From: Alphaproteobacteria bacterium
Lineage (GTDB): Bacteria > Pseudomonadota > Alphaproteobacteria > JBKEAR01
Assembly (NCBI GenBank): GCA_047972425.1
Contig: JBKEAR010000016.1
Location: 5,500 to 69,499, forward strand
Reading direction: 5' to 3'
Length of the DNA stretch: 64,000 nt
The notes below the pieces were generated by a model. The model was not told where the DNA came from. It worked only from the letters and a program-made list of their open reading frames with translations, and made no database searches. The position numbers were made by a program, and so were the translations under genes. Positions 20,720 through 31,501 of this stretch are shown here, piece by piece (within the stretch, counting starts at the first letter, position 1; every line of letters begins with the position of its first letter).

Positions 20720-21667
20720 ATGACATTATTAAACTGGGTTACATTTATTTTGGGTTTTCCGGCTTTGCTTATTGGTGCGGATCTTTTGGTTAAAGGGGCA
20801 TCGGCCATTGCCTCACGTTTGGGTGTATCCTCGGTGGTTATTGGGTTAACAATTGTTGCCTTTGGTACATCGGCACCCGAACTTTTAATCTCGGTACAAT
20901 CCTCCTTAGAAGGCCGTGGCGATATGGCCATTGGTAATGTGGTTGGCTCAAACATTGCTAATATTTTGCTTATTATTGGCATTGCCCCACTTGTTAAAAC
21001 ATTCATTACAAAAAATACTATTAAACAAAAAGATTTAATATTCTTTATTGTCGCCATGGTGGTTTTGGTTGCCTCCCTTGCTTTTCCTGTTTATGGGCGG
21101 GTTTCTGCTATCATTGGTCTGCTTGTCTTTGCCTTTATTTTATATAATAGCTGGGAAAACCAAGCTGCTGATGCCGAAGCCGAAGAAATAGAAGATAATA
21201 AAAAACCAATAATTATTTATATTCTTTATACCATCATCGGTGCAATTGGCTTGGCTGTGGGGGCGGACTGGCTAGTGGATAACGGCCAAAAAATTGCGCT
21301 TATGATGCATATCTCACCTGCTGTGGTTGGCTTAATCTTTTTTGCTGTGGGTACATCTTTGCCTGAGATTGCCACCTCGGTTTATGCGGTCAAAAAAAAT
21401 GAGTTTGGCTTATCTTTAGGTAATGTCATTGGCTCTAACACATTTAACGGCTTGCTTATTTTACCCGCGGCTGGGCTGATTAAACCCATATATGTCGATA
21501 AGCTTATTCAAATACGCGATTTACCCTTTTTGGTTATTGCCACCCTTTTATTGGCTTATATTATTTATAAAGGTAAGGCCATCACCCGCATTAGCGGATT
21601 TTGCTTTTTAGGCATCTATGCTGTATGGATTGCTTTTGTCGCTTTAACTGCAAGTAGCGGAGTATAA
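20720..21667 (+). CDS. Ca2+/Na+ antiporter (YrbG family)
   Basis: GLTIVAFGTSAPEL..GNVVGSNIAN and GTSLPEI..GNVIGSNTFN alpha repeats. Confidence 0.93.
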   Translation: MTLLNWVTFILGFPALLIGADLLVKGASAIASRLGVSSVVIGLTIVAFGTSAPELLISVQSSLEGRGDMAIGNVVGSNIANILLIIGIAPLVKTFITKNTIKQKDLIFFIVAMVVLVASLAFPVYGRVSAIIGLLVFAFILYNSWENQAADAEAEEIEDNKKPIIIYILYTIIGAIGLAVGADWLVDNGQKIALMMHISPAVVGLIFFAVGTSLPEIATSVYAVKKNEFGLSLGNVIGSNTFNGLLILPAAGLIKPIYVDKLIQIRDLPFLVIATLLLAYIIYKGKAITRISGFCFLGIYAVWIAFVALTASSGV

Positions 21668-21670
21668 TCT

Positions 21671-22405
21671 ATGGTGCAATCGGCTTTAATTACAGGGGCA
21701 GCCAAACGCATTGGTAAAGAAATTGCCATTCACTTGGCAAAAAACCATTATAATTTGGCACTCCATTACGGAAAGTCCGCCCAAAAGGCTAAAGATTTAG
21801 CCCAAATGCTACAAAGCGAATATGGTATAAAAGCTATAACCATTCAGGCCGATTTAAGCGATGAAACACAGGTACAAAAGCTTATTCCCCAAATAAATGA
21901 TCGTTTTGGCACCATCGATTTGTTAGTCAATAATGCCTCTTGCTTTTTGCGTGATAGTTGGGATGATAGCCCCGCTGCGGTTTGGAACGAAAATTTAGCC
22001 GTTAATTTACGTGCACCCTTTTTATTATCATCGGCCTTTGCCAAGCAAGCCCCAAAGGGTAGTTTAATTGTTAATATGCTTGATAGTAAGCTAGAAAACC
22101 TCACCCCGGCTTTTACCAGCTATACCGTAGCAAAATCGGGTTTATATGCGCTCACTAAAACCCTTGCCCAAGCTTTAGCCCCCAATATTCGGGTTAATGG
22201 GATTGGCCCGGGGCATGTGATACCATCGGTTCATGACACCAAAGAAACTTGGGAAAAAGCCATTGAGCAAACCGCCCTTAAACACGCAACGAGTATCGCC
22301 GAGATTGCCCAGACAATCTTATGGATGCACAACACCCCTAGCCTAACCGGACAAATGATTATGCTTGACGGCGGTGAGCATTTGGGTTGGAAATTCCCAC
22401 ACTAA
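21671..22405 (+). CDS. SDR oxidoreductase (pteridine reductase/FolM-like)
   Basis: TGAAKRIG, LVNNAS, YTVAK, RVNGIGPG. Confidence 0.88.
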   Translation: MVQSALITGAAKRIGKEIAIHLAKNHYNLALHYGKSAQKAKDLAQMLQSEYGIKAITIQADLSDETQVQKLIPQINDRFGTIDLLVNNASCFLRDSWDDSPAAVWNENLAVNLRAPFLLSSAFAKQAPKGSLIVNMLDSKLENLTPAFTSYTVAKSGLYALTKTLAQALAPNIRVNGIGPGHVIPSVHDTKETWEKAIEQTALKHATSIAEIAQTILWMHNTPSLTGQMIMLDGGEHLGWKFPH

Positions 22406-22443
22406 CTTCGTTAGAATGAATTTGCGTACGCTGTATTAAACAA

Positions 22444-22520
22444 CCGTCATTCCTGATTTAATCAAGGAATCTGATGGCTCAAGCCTTGTATTCAGACTCC
22501 TGCTTACGCAGGAGTGACGG
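22444..22520. repeat. CGTC-type REP doublet
   Basis: CCGTCA-TTCCTG..GGAATC ... GACTCCTGC-TTAC-GCAGGAG-TGACGG; ends are inverted. Confidence 0.75.
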
Positions 22521-22545
22521 CTAAAATTTATTGCATAAACCTTAC

Positions 22546-22834
22546 AGAATAAAGCATAGGGAAAGCGTCATGTTGTAAACATGCTTTCAGCATGACGAGG
22601 AAACCGTCCCCTAGTAACTTAAAATATTAAAGAATAGAGCATAGAAAAGCCGAATAGGCTTTCCCTGCCTTGTCGGAGACAAGCCAATTATAGAGTTGGC
22701 ATGCAAAGCATGACAGGTCAACGCTTGTGTTGCGGGGTGTCTTGTCGGAGACAAGCCATTATAAATAGGCATGCTTTCAGCATGACGGGCAGAGCCCCAT
22801 ACATAAAGGGAAACCGTCCCCTAGTAACTTAAAA
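22546..22834. repeat. BIME-like mosaic of palindromic repeats
   Basis: CATGCTTTCAGCATGACG at 22580 and 22770; GGAAACCGTCCCCTAGTAACTTAAAA at 22599 and 22809; CTTGTCGGAGACAAGCCA at 22669 and 22741. Confidence 0.85.
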
Positions 22835-22901
22835 AAATACGCTACCAAAATATCATAAAAGATATTTCAATAGCGCACTTAAATTCAGCAACACGAAGTG
22901 T

Positions 22902-25900
22902 TTACCAGCGAATACGCACACCCAAATCGCCACGGATATTTTGATAATCGCTAAAGTCTGTTATATAACCAATATCGCCGTAAAGCTGGATTGTTTGATT
23001 GAGGTCGGCTGTAACACCGGCTCTGATCTCGCCAGCGGTATCAAAATTATGGGCTTCAAATATGCCATGGTCTAATGTACCATAATTAATTTCTGGTGCA
23101 TTGGTGAACTCATGGAGCATGCCTAAATAGAGGTAAGGTTTTACTTCGCCCCGTTCAGTTTTTATGGTTTTTTCGGTACGTATACCCAAGCGCCCGGTAA
23201 TGTAAGTATGGCTATCAATGCTTACATCGGTTTCGTCCGAGCGAAAATCATTCCATTTTACATGGGCGAGCTTCACTTGGGCTTGGGGTTCGATAATCCA
23301 ATTTTTGGCTAAGTCGAAACTATGGCCAACCTCCAGCGAGCCGGCAAGGGCATAACCATCGACCGATACATTATCATGGGCATCGACATCGGCATTAAAA
23401 TCGATATATTCGGCAACAAAATCCAAATAGCTTCCGGCGGTACTAAAGAATGTTGCATAAGCGCCAATCGACCATGTATCTACACCGATAGATGCCCCAT
23501 TAAAGGCATTATATTCGGGGCCTATACCATTGGTTTCAAAATCACCTGTTTTATAGCCGCCAAATAAACCGCCGTACATGACCCAATCGGGGGAATAATT
23601 ACCGAGCTCGAATTTTTTATCGATACCAAAGTTAAACCCACCGTAAGTTCCGTTTAAATCATAGCTATTATCCGAGCCTAAATCCAAATGCGATAATGTG
23701 CCACGCAACCACGCATTGGCTTTGGTATCATCGAAATTAACGGCATTATGCCAAGCTTGACCTAAATTGGTTTTTAAGTTCGATGCACCTGTACCAACCC
23801 AACCCTGATTATTGCGCAATTCACCTAAACGCTGATGCAAAGTATCGAGCTCATTCATTGCAATTTCGCGGCCAATTGTTGGCAATGCAACATAGGCCGG
23901 AATATCCGATGTTACCATGGTTGGTTTTTTGGGATCGGTCGGCATAACTGGTTTGGGGTCTCGGGGGTCTTGGGCATAGGTTAACACCCAATCATTACCC
24001 GATGTCTCAAGGGACCAAACAAACGGATTATTGGCAAATAAACCCAAATTACTATTACCCTCGTAACGTTGAGATTGTGTTAAAACAAAATTTTCGTCCG
24101 ATTTATCGGCATCATTCGGTGCCTCAACCAGTAAAATTTTACCATTTGCCGCCGCCGCCGCTTGTGCCATACCGATATTTGTATCGGCATAGCTATCGTA
24201 ATCTACATTTGTTACATCGTTAATGGCAATAGTGCCATCGGCGGTTACATTGCCGTTTACAGTTATATAATCGGCAAGTTTATCATTAAAATCCGTATCG
24301 AATATATAAGTACCTGTACCCGATAAATCACCAATCGCTGCCGCATAGGCGGTAGGGTTGCCATTACCTGTAATGGTTAAATGGTCACCAATATGGCCAT
24401 CGGCAAAGTCAAAAACACCATTATTTTCCACACCGGCATCAATGGTGTAATCACCACTACCGCCACCGGTCATAATAATTTTAGAGCTTTCATCTATGGT
24501 ATAGGTTATGGCTTGGGGGGCGGCATAAGCATTGCCAAAATCAAGAGCCGAGCCTAAAATAACACCCACATCTTCAAAATTAATATATTCGGGTAAATCG
24601 GCGGCATTGCCTGTAAAAGACATAATGTTAAACTGATCCGAAAATCCGTCTGCCCGCGATAGCCAATCATCGCCACCGTCAACAACGCCTTCAATCAGTC
24701 CCCCTTTGTAATTCACCACATCACTACCATCTTGGGCTAAAATATCCCCAATGATATGCCCTTGGGTGGTGAGCGTCATATTTCCGTCGGAATCACGAAT
24801 GGCCGTACCCGAAAGCGAACCGTTAAGCGTGCCATTAGCCGAGATGTCAATTGTGCCATCGGGGCCACCGGTTTCGCTGAGTTGCCATGTGGATATACGG
24901 GGTGCCGAAATTTGGATGGCTGTGCCGTAAAACTGAAACTCGGCTGTTGAAAACGGCGGTATATATACGCTGTCTTGTCCACCCACAACAGTACCGTCTA
25001 TTACGTTAATATCGTAAGTACTGCCGCTATTGCCGTCTAAATAAACTTGCAAGCCATCGGCACCTCCGTTGCCCTTACCAGTAACGGTTGCGCCGTTGGT
25101 AACATTAATAATGGCCGTTGATGCCTGCCCGCTATCAATCTCTTGCTCTATTCGTACACCGTCGCCATCCCAACCGGCGGCGGTAATATCGGCATTGGCA
25201 TTCACTAAAACATCGTTACCTTGGCTATATAATATATCCACCCCCGAAGATTGTGCGCCGGTTGCTACATCAATTTCGCCATTAACATCAGCTTGGATAG
25301 CCCCGCTGCCTTCGCTTATAATCGAAATACCATGGGCATGCGCCGGAAATAACGTTGAGCCGAAAAACGGGTAAGGCTCACCCGCCGCCGTATGAATTGT
25401 ACCATTATTCACAATATATATTTCGCCTGTATTCTCGCTATTATTAATTTGCGCCAATATGGCATCGGAGCCTTCACTATTACCGGTGATAGAGCCGTTA
25501 TTTTCGATGTAAATATCACCTTTGGCCGCCATACTGGTTTTACCCAATATACCTTCGGCATCGGAATTATTTGTGGTAATTTCACCATTATTGATAACCG
25601 AGACCAATGTGCTTTCAACGGCCGATTGCGTGGCTTCGGCCTTAATACCATTGGCACCGCCACCTGTTGTGATAATAGTGCCATCATTGGTGATGGTTGT
25701 TGTGCCCGGGTTGCCCGTGCCTGCGGTTTCGGTATATATACCATAAGCTTCTGAGCCCGATGTATTTATGGTTGCTGCCGAAGTTAAGGTGATTGTACCA
25801 TTTTGTGTACCTTGGGTTTGGGCACGTATACCCATGGCATCTACGCCAGTAGTGGTTAAATTAACATTTTCTGCCACGTTAATATTGGTTACCCCTACAG

Positions 25901-26429
25901 CACCGTTATAGCTACGGCTTGCTATAGCTGCACCAACCTCACCCGATGTCGAAATATTACCGCCAGTAACATTGAGCGTAATATTACCGCCATCAGCCGT
26001 TTGAGTTTCGCCATATAGGCCAATATTGCTTTTAGCTATACTATTTACTGTAACATCAGCTGCCGAGTTAATCATGACATTCCCTGTTTTTGTAATGGCT
26101 TGCAAACCCCGCTTATAATTGGAATCGGTACTTACATAAACAGATGAACCTTTGGCCGCATTAATGGTTAAATTTCCATAATTACTGCCGCCACCACTTG
26201 CAACACCTAAGGCCGAAGGCGTATTTGCCGTACCCACTTGTGTGCCATTTGATAAATTAATTGTAGCCCCATAAACCCGATAGATAATGCCATTGGAAAA
26301 TACACCCGATTGGCAATTGGCTGTTCCGCCATTGCTAATGGTTCCGCATTCATTTGTGGCAAATGCCGATAATGTGGTAACCGAAACCATTGCCGAAGAT
26401 AGCATTAAAAAACGACTCAATCTGTTCAT
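22902..26429 (-). CDS. autotransporter (type Va) adhesin-like protein
   Basis: Signal peptide; G/T/N-rich beta-helix-like passenger; Pro-rich linker DPRDPKPVMPTDPKKP; barrel with IIEPQAQV and terminal GDLGVRIRW. Confidence 0.92.
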   Translation of the reverse strand: MNRLSRFLMLSSAMVSVTTLSAFATNECGTISNGGTANCQSGVFSNGIIYRVYGATINLSNGTQVGTANTPSALGVASGGGSNYGNLTINAAKGSSVYVSTDSNYKRGLQAITKTGNVMINSAADVTVNSIAKSNIGLYGETQTADGGNITLNVTGGNISTSGEVGAAIASRSYNGAVGVTNINVAENVNLTTTGVDAMGIRAQTQGTQNGTITLTSAATINTSGSEAYGIYTETAGTGNPGTTTITNDGTIITTGGGANGIKAEATQSAVESTLVSVINNGEITTNNSDAEGILGKTSMAAKGDIYIENNGSITGNSEGSDAILAQINNSENTGEIYIVNNGTIHTAAGEPYPFFGSTLFPAHAHGISIISEGSGAIQADVNGEIDVATGAQSSGVDILYSQGNDVLVNANADITAAGWDGDGVRIEQEIDSGQASTAIINVTNGATVTGKGNGGADGLQVYLDGNSGSTYDINVIDGTVVGGQDSVYIPPFSTAEFQFYGTAIQISAPRISTWQLSETGGPDGTIDISANGTLNGSLSGTAIRDSDGNMTLTTQGHIIGDILAQDGSDVVNYKGGLIEGVVDGGDDWLSRADGFSDQFNIMSFTGNAADLPEYINFEDVGVILGSALDFGNAYAAPQAITYTIDESSKIIMTGGGSGDYTIDAGVENNGVFDFADGHIGDHLTITGNGNPTAYAAAIGDLSGTGTYIFDTDFNDKLADYITVNGNVTADGTIAINDVTNVDYDSYADTNIGMAQAAAAANGKILLVEAPNDADKSDENFVLTQSQRYEGNSNLGLFANNPFVWSLETSGNDWVLTYAQDPRDPKPVMPTDPKKPTMVTSDIPAYVALPTIGREIAMNELDTLHQRLGELRNNQGWVGTGASNLKTNLGQAWHNAVNFDDTKANAWLRGTLSHLDLGSDNSYDLNGTYGGFNFGIDKKFELGNYSPDWVMYGGLFGGYKTGDFETNGIGPEYNAFNGASIGVDTWSIGAYATFFSTAGSYLDFVAEYIDFNADVDAHDNVSVDGYALAGSLEVGHSFDLAKNWIIEPQAQVKLAHVKWNDFRSDETDVSIDSHTYITGRLGIRTEKTIKTERGEVKPYLYLGMLHEFTNAPEINYGTLDHGIFEAHNFDTAGEIRAGVTADLNQTIQLYGDIGYITDFSDYQNIRGDLGVRIRW

Positions 26430-26784
26430 TACTTAAACCCCATTATTTGTATAGATATTTTTTAACAATAAATAAAAATATTTATAAATAATAAAATAAT
26501 TATAGCATTTAGAATATAAATAAAAAAATATATTAAACATCATATGTTTTATATAAAAATTCATAAAAACAATTATAAAACTAAGGTTTATTTCATTTTA
26601 CATAATAATATTATTAAATATAATATTTTATAACATTATCAATTTACATTATTATTTATTTTTATTGATAACCCTGTTGCAATCATGCAATAAATTTATT
26701 CCTAATTGCCTACTTAACTCTATTGACACTTCTCGTATTAAGACCTAAAAATGACTAAATAAATAGAAATAAGGATATATTTTT

Positions 26785-27315
26785 ATGACCCAAATAATTG
26801 CATTTGCAGGCTCTACCCATAAAAGCTCTATTAACAAACAATTGGCCGTTTATGCCACCCGTTTTTTAGACAAACAGACGGTTGAACTACTGGATTTAAA
26901 TGATTATCCATTGCCGATTTATAGCGAAGATACCGAAAGTGAAGATGGATTTCCGCTTGAATTACTAGCCTTTAAAGCTAAGCTTGATGCTGCCGATGCT
27001 TTTGTGATTGCAACAGCAGAGCATAATGGTAGCTGGACAGCCGCTTTTAAAAATTTTTACGATTGGCTTTCACGCTTGGATCGTAATATTTTTGGCGATA
27101 AAAATATCCTACTCCTCAGCACTTCGCCCGGCACAGGCGGTGCAGGTAGCTCTTTAGGGATGGCGAAACGCAGCTTTCCTTTTGCTCAAGGTAAAATCGT
27201 GGCTGAGTTCTCCCTACCCTCCTTTTACGAGAATTTTGCAAATGGCAAAATCTCAAACCCTACCCTTAATGCCGAGTTCGAGTTACAAGTAAAACAATTT
27301 GAGGCCAGCTTATAA
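26785..27315 (+). CDS. NADPH-dependent FMN reductase
   Basis: AFAGSTHKSSIN, ATAEHNGSWTAAFKN, LSTSPG. Confidence 0.92.
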   Translation: MTQIIAFAGSTHKSSINKQLAVYATRFLDKQTVELLDLNDYPLPIYSEDTESEDGFPLELLAFKAKLDAADAFVIATAEHNGSWTAAFKNFYDWLSRLDRNIFGDKNILLLSTSPGTGGAGSSLGMAKRSFPFAQGKIVAEFSLPSFYENFANGKISNPTLNAEFELQVKQFEASL

Positions 27316-27405
27316 TCGGCGTATTTTAGGTGTATTTTATTTGACAGCTTAAGTGTAAAAGCTTAAAAACATAGTGATTAAAATTAGAAATATCAGAGGT
27401 TTTTT

Positions 27406-28398
27406 ATGCGTATATTTTCGGGGGCTCAGCCCACTGGTAATCTTCATTTAGGTAATTATTTAGGCGCATTACGCAATTGGGTAAATATGCAAAATGATTA
27501 TGAATGTATCTATTCCATTGTGGATATGCATGCCATTACAGTTTGGCAAGAGCCCGCTGACCTTAAAAACTCTATCCGCGAGCTTGCCGCTGCTTATATT
27601 GCCGCCGGTTTAGACCCCAAAAAGAACATCATTTTTAATCAGTCCGCTAATCCCAACCATGCCGAGCTTGCTTGGGTGTTAAGCTGTGTGGCGCGCATTG
27701 GCTGGCTGAATAAGATGACTCAATTTAAGGATAAAGCTGGTAAAAACCGCGAGGCCGCATCGGTGGGTTTATACTCTTACCCCTGTTTGATGGCGGCGGA
27801 CATTTTGGGTTACAAGGCCACCCATGTTCCTGTGGGTGAGGATCAGAAACAGCATTTAGAGCTATCGCGCAATATCGCCCAAAAATTCAACCATGATTAT
27901 AAGGTGGAGTTCTTCCCCCAGCCCGAGCCTGTGATTATGGGCCCGGCCACACGGGTGATGAGCTTACGTGATGGTTCTAAGAAGATGTCGAAGTCGGACA
28001 CGGCCGAAAATTCGCGGATTAACTTGGCCGATAGCAGTGATGATATTGCCAAAAAAATTCGCAAAGCCAAAAGCGATGCCGATGCTTTACCTTCTGAAAT
28101 CAAAGGCTTAGAAGGCCGCCCCGAGGCCACTAATTTGGTGAATATCTATGCGGCGATATCCGGTAAATCCGCAAACGATGTACTTATTGAATATGCCGGC
28201 CAAGGTTTTGGCCAGTTTAAGCCGGCTTTGGCCGATTTACTGGTGGCACATTTTGAGCCAATACGTAACCGAATGAATGACTTACTCAATGACAAGGGCG
28301 AGATTGATAATATATTGCGCGATGGCGCATTGCGTGCCCGCACCATCACCCAACCCATTTTAGATGAGGCTTATGATATTGTAGGCTTTTTGCGCTAA
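27406..28398 (+). CDS. trpS: tryptophan--tRNA ligase
   Basis: [34 protein letters not shown]. Confidence 0.98.
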   Translation: MRIFSGAQPTGNLHLGNYLGALRNWVNMQNDYECIYSIVDMHAITVWQEPADLKNSIRELAAAYIAAGLDPKKNIIFNQSANPNHAELAWVLSCVARIGWLNKMTQFKDKAGKNREAASVGLYSYPCLMAADILGYKATHVPVGEDQKQHLELSRNIAQKFNHDYKVEFFPQPEPVIMGPATRVMSLRDGSKKMSKSDTAENSRINLADSSDDIAKKIRKAKSDADALPSEIKGLEGRPEATNLVNIYAAISGKSANDVLIEYAGQGFGQFKPALADLLVAHFEPIRNRMNDLLNDKGEIDNILRDGALRARTITQPILDEAYDIVGFLR

Positions 28399-28442
28399 GC
28401 CATTTTTGGCCATATAAAACCAAAATCATCCATTAATTATCC

Positions 28443-28505
28443 AAAAAACCAGCTTCATTTTCCCTAACCCGATAAGGCAAACAAGGAAAATTAGCTGGTT
28501 TTTTT
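28443..28505. terminator. long hairpin / bidirectional terminator
   Basis: AAAAAACCAGCT...AGCTGGTTTTTT with inner TTTTCC/GGAAAA between convergent genes. Confidence 0.7.
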
Positions 28506-28553
28506 ATACCAATATCTTACGTTATTATGTATATATTCGGCTTAAAACGGATT

Positions 28554-29363
28554 TTATTGGGTATAAATAGTGCCCTCTAAATATAATTTACCATAACCGC
28601 TAATCAGTACACGGTCGCTATTTTTTTGCACTTCACCTTGTAAATAACCACCACGTTTAGAACATTGAAAGGCAACCATTTTCTCTTTATTAAGCACCTG
28701 CGCCCAATAGGGGAAAAGCTCGGCATGGGCAACGCCCGTTACAGGGTCTTCATCAATACCCACATTCGGTACAAATACACGGCTGGCAAAATCGCTATCC
28801 GCCCCCTTTTTGCTTTGGGCGGTGAGCACAATCCCGGCTGGGTCAAGCTGTGCAATCGCCGCAAAATCGGGGTGAAAGCCCTGCACATATTCCGGCTTTT
28901 CTAAACGCAAAATCAAATGGTTACCCTTAAGAGCGGTGAGAATACGGTGGCCAATGACTTTCTCGAGCTTATCGGTAATTGCCCTTGGTGTTAGGCTATA
29001 TTGCGGAAAGTCCATCACCACTTTATCGCCATCAAAACTCAGATAAAGCAAGCCTTTTTTGCGGGTTTTTAGGGTGAGTTTATCTTTTGCCCAACCGAGC
29101 TTTTGTTTGAGCAAAACCCCTGTACCCAAGGTGGCGTGGCCACATAAATCAATCTCATGGGTGGGGGTAAAATAGGTAATATCAAAATCCACATTTTCAT
29201 CAGATGATGGTACAAGGAATGCGGTTTCCGAAAGGTTATTTTCGGTTGCAATTTTTTGCATCACTGTATCATCTAACCAAGTATCTAACACAACAATACC
29301 AGCGGGGTTCCCTTTAAAAACCTCTTGCGTAAATGCATCAACCACATAATATGAATAAGCCAT
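28554..29363 (-). CDS. PhzF family epimerase/isomerase
   Basis: VDAFT..GNPAG, NNLSETAF, EIDLCGHATL, EDPVTG. Confidence 0.93.
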   Translation of the reverse strand: MAYSYYVVDAFTQEVFKGNPAGIVVLDTWLDDTVMQKIATENNLSETAFLVPSSDENVDFDITYFTPTHEIDLCGHATLGTGVLLKQKLGWAKDKLTLKTRKKGLLYLSFDGDKVVMDFPQYSLTPRAITDKLEKVIGHRILTALKGNHLILRLEKPEYVQGFHPDFAAIAQLDPAGIVLTAQSKKGADSDFASRVFVPNVGIDEDPVTGVAHAELFPYWAQVLNKEKMVAFQCSKRGGYLQGEVQKNSDRVLISGYGKLYLEGTIYTQ

Positions 29364-29391
29364 TTAGCCTCCATTATTTATTTATGTAATG

Positions 29392-29424
29392 AAAAACCCC
29401 GGGGTGGAAATCCAAGCCGGGGTT
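29392..29424 (-). terminator. intrinsic terminator after DUF308 gene
   Basis: On minus strand AACCCCGG..CCGGGGTTTTT. Confidence 0.65.
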
Positions 29425-29448
29425 CCATTTATTTTATTGTTTTAAACC

Positions 29449-30009
29449 CTAGGCTTGTTGTTTAAGTGCTTTGCGAACTTGGAAAGCCAAAATGATGGAT
29501 GAAATACCGACAACAATGCCGAAGATACCCATTGTCCATGTAAGCGCAATGAGTGATTGCATGGGTTTTTGAATGAATACAAAACCAAAAATTATCCAAA
29601 GCACACCTAGGAATATGGCCCACCAGCCACCATCTTTACGGGCTTGCCAGCCAGCAATAACCTCGAACACACCAAGGAAAATGGCTTCTACACCAATGAA
29701 TACGGCAATAGTTAAACCAAAAATTAATGTGCCGCTTGCAGGTTTTACAAATAAAATAAGAATACTTGTTACTAAGCCCAAAATCGCCCGCAGCCAAAAT
29801 AACCAATTAATATTAGATTGGATACGCCCTGAAATCAGCCCAAAAATCAAAAAAATTGAATCGACAAAAATAAAACAAGCAAAAAAGATTAATAAGGAAA
29901 GTGTGGTAATCCCCGGGTATGCTAAAGAAACAACACCAAAGAGAATAGCCACTATCCCCCTAAAGAGTAAAAAGCCCCAAGATGGTTCGAATAAACTTTG
30001 ATTAGCCAT
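29449..30009 (-). CDS. HdeD/DUF308 family membrane protein
   Basis: WGFLLFRGIVAILFG..PG, six hydrophobic segments; GGAGG RBS before ATG 30009. Confidence 0.85.
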   Translation of the reverse strand: MANQSLFEPSWGFLLFRGIVAILFGVVSLAYPGITTLSLLIFFACFIFVDSIFLIFGLISGRIQSNINWLFWLRAILGLVTSILILFVKPASGTLIFGLTIAVFIGVEAIFLGVFEVIAGWQARKDGGWWAIFLGVLWIIFGFVFIQKPMQSLIALTWTMGIFGIVVGISSIILAFQVRKALKQQA

Positions 30010-30127
30010 AGTTACCTCCAAATATATCCTATTTCATTTAATGAAAATAGAGTTTAAGTCTAAGATATATATAGTAACTTGGCAATGATTTTTTAGATAC
30101 TCTCATTTTTGCTAAATATAAATTCAA

Positions 30128-30276
30128 ACAGACGAAGTCTGTTACTCCTTCAAAAAGCTAGAGTCTGGCTGAAAGATTTGAGCCCTAGATTCCCGATTTA
30201 ATCAGGAATTTCGTGCAACCACTCCTTATACCCTTAACCAGATGCCCAATCAAGTTGAGCATGACGGCTAAAATTA
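30128..30276. repeat. degenerate REP cluster
   Basis: AACAGAC-GAA-GTCTGTT; ATTCCCGATTTAATCAGGAAT and TGACGGCTAAAATT closely match 22449-22528. Confidence 0.65.
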
Positions 30277-30281
30277 ATTGG

Positions 30282-31373
30282 CTATTCTATATTCTTTTTT
30301 AGCTTGGATATGCGCTGATAGGACTGATTAATGCGTTCTTCGCTGAGTTCGCCCCGATTAATCGCATCAAGCACCGCTTTGCGGGCGGCGCGGGCATTAT
30401 CGGCATCGGGGTCTTTAGCGGCGGCTATTAAGGTGATATCTGCACCCGCTTTAATCGCTTGCACAATGCGCTCATCAAAATTGTAATATTTATCAATGGC
30501 ACCCATCATTAAATCATCGGTAATCACCACCCCATTATAACCCAACTGATTACGCAATACACCGGTGATGACCTCGGGCGCAAGGGTGGAAGGCATAGGG
30601 CTCCATTTTTGATTGACCACATGGGCAGTCATCACAACATCAACCTTATTTTTTGCCATTAAGCTTTTATAAGGCTCTAACTCTTTGGCTTGCCAAGTGT
30701 CCGTTACATCAACAAAGCCCTCATGGGTATCGCCTTTTGCGCTGCCATGGCCGGGGAAATGTTTAATGCTGGTTATCACTTTGCATGGTTGATGGGCATC
30801 AATAAAAATCTCGGCCCATTTAACCACCTTATTCGGGTGTTGAGAGAATGAGCGCCCCCATTTACCAATAGCTGGTGAATCAGGTACTAAATTGAGGTCA
30901 ACCACAGGGGCTAAATTGAAGTTAATACCGTAATCTTTCAGCTCGCATGCCATATTCTTCCATGTTTGATAAGCGGCTTGGGTATCATCAGCCTGCATCA
31001 TATCAAAGGGGCGCGGATATTCGCCAAAGCCATTTTTATGGTTTAGCCTTGCCACAGCACCGCCCTCTTGATCCACCGAAAATAAAACGGGCTCGCCTGT
31101 TATTTGCTCACCCTGTTTAGCAGCTGCCAATAATGGCTTCATTAAGCTTTTAAGCTGTGCGGGGCTTTTAACATTAGAGCCACTAATAATCACACCGCCC
31201 AATTTGCCCGATTGTAAATCTTGGGTAAGCTCGCCAATTTGCATATCATTCGGGTCATCGGCATAAAAGGCAACCATAATCATTTGCCCGATTTTTTGCT
31301 CTAAATCAATAGCAAAGGCCGATACCGAAATAGTGAATGCCGCTGCGGTGATAATTGTTTTTACTATTTTCAT
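30282..31373 (-). CDS. nagZ: GH3 beta-N-acetylhexosaminidase (periplasmic)
   Basis: SVDQEGGAVAR, APVVDL, KHFPGHG, DTH, ITDDLMMGAI; signal peptide. Confidence 0.88.
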   Translation of the reverse strand: MKIVKTIITAAAFTISVSAFAIDLEQKIGQMIMVAFYADDPNDMQIGELTQDLQSGKLGGVIISGSNVKSPAQLKSLMKPLLAAAKQGEQITGEPVLFSVDQEGGAVARLNHKNGFGEYPRPFDMMQADDTQAAYQTWKNMACELKDYGINFNLAPVVDLNLVPDSPAIGKWGRSFSQHPNKVVKWAEIFIDAHQPCKVITSIKHFPGHGSAKGDTHEGFVDVTDTWQAKELEPYKSLMAKNKVDVVMTAHVVNQKWSPMPSTLAPEVITGVLRNQLGYNGVVITDDLMMGAIDKYYNFDERIVQAIKAGADITLIAAAKDPDADNARAARKAVLDAINRGELSEERINQSYQRISKLKKNIE

Positions 31374-31501
31374 GGGTCTTCCTATCCAAAATATTTATTT
31401 ATCATTTATTCATAACCGAATTTTATTAAATGACTCTTAATAAAGAATTTCTGCTGATAAATTAATTGTAAATCATGGGCAAATTATGGTTAGGCGTGTC
31501 T

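Noticed and set aside
22546-22834. CRISPR array
   Set aside because: Repeats are of several types, irregularly spaced and share spacer sequence; no cas genes nearby.
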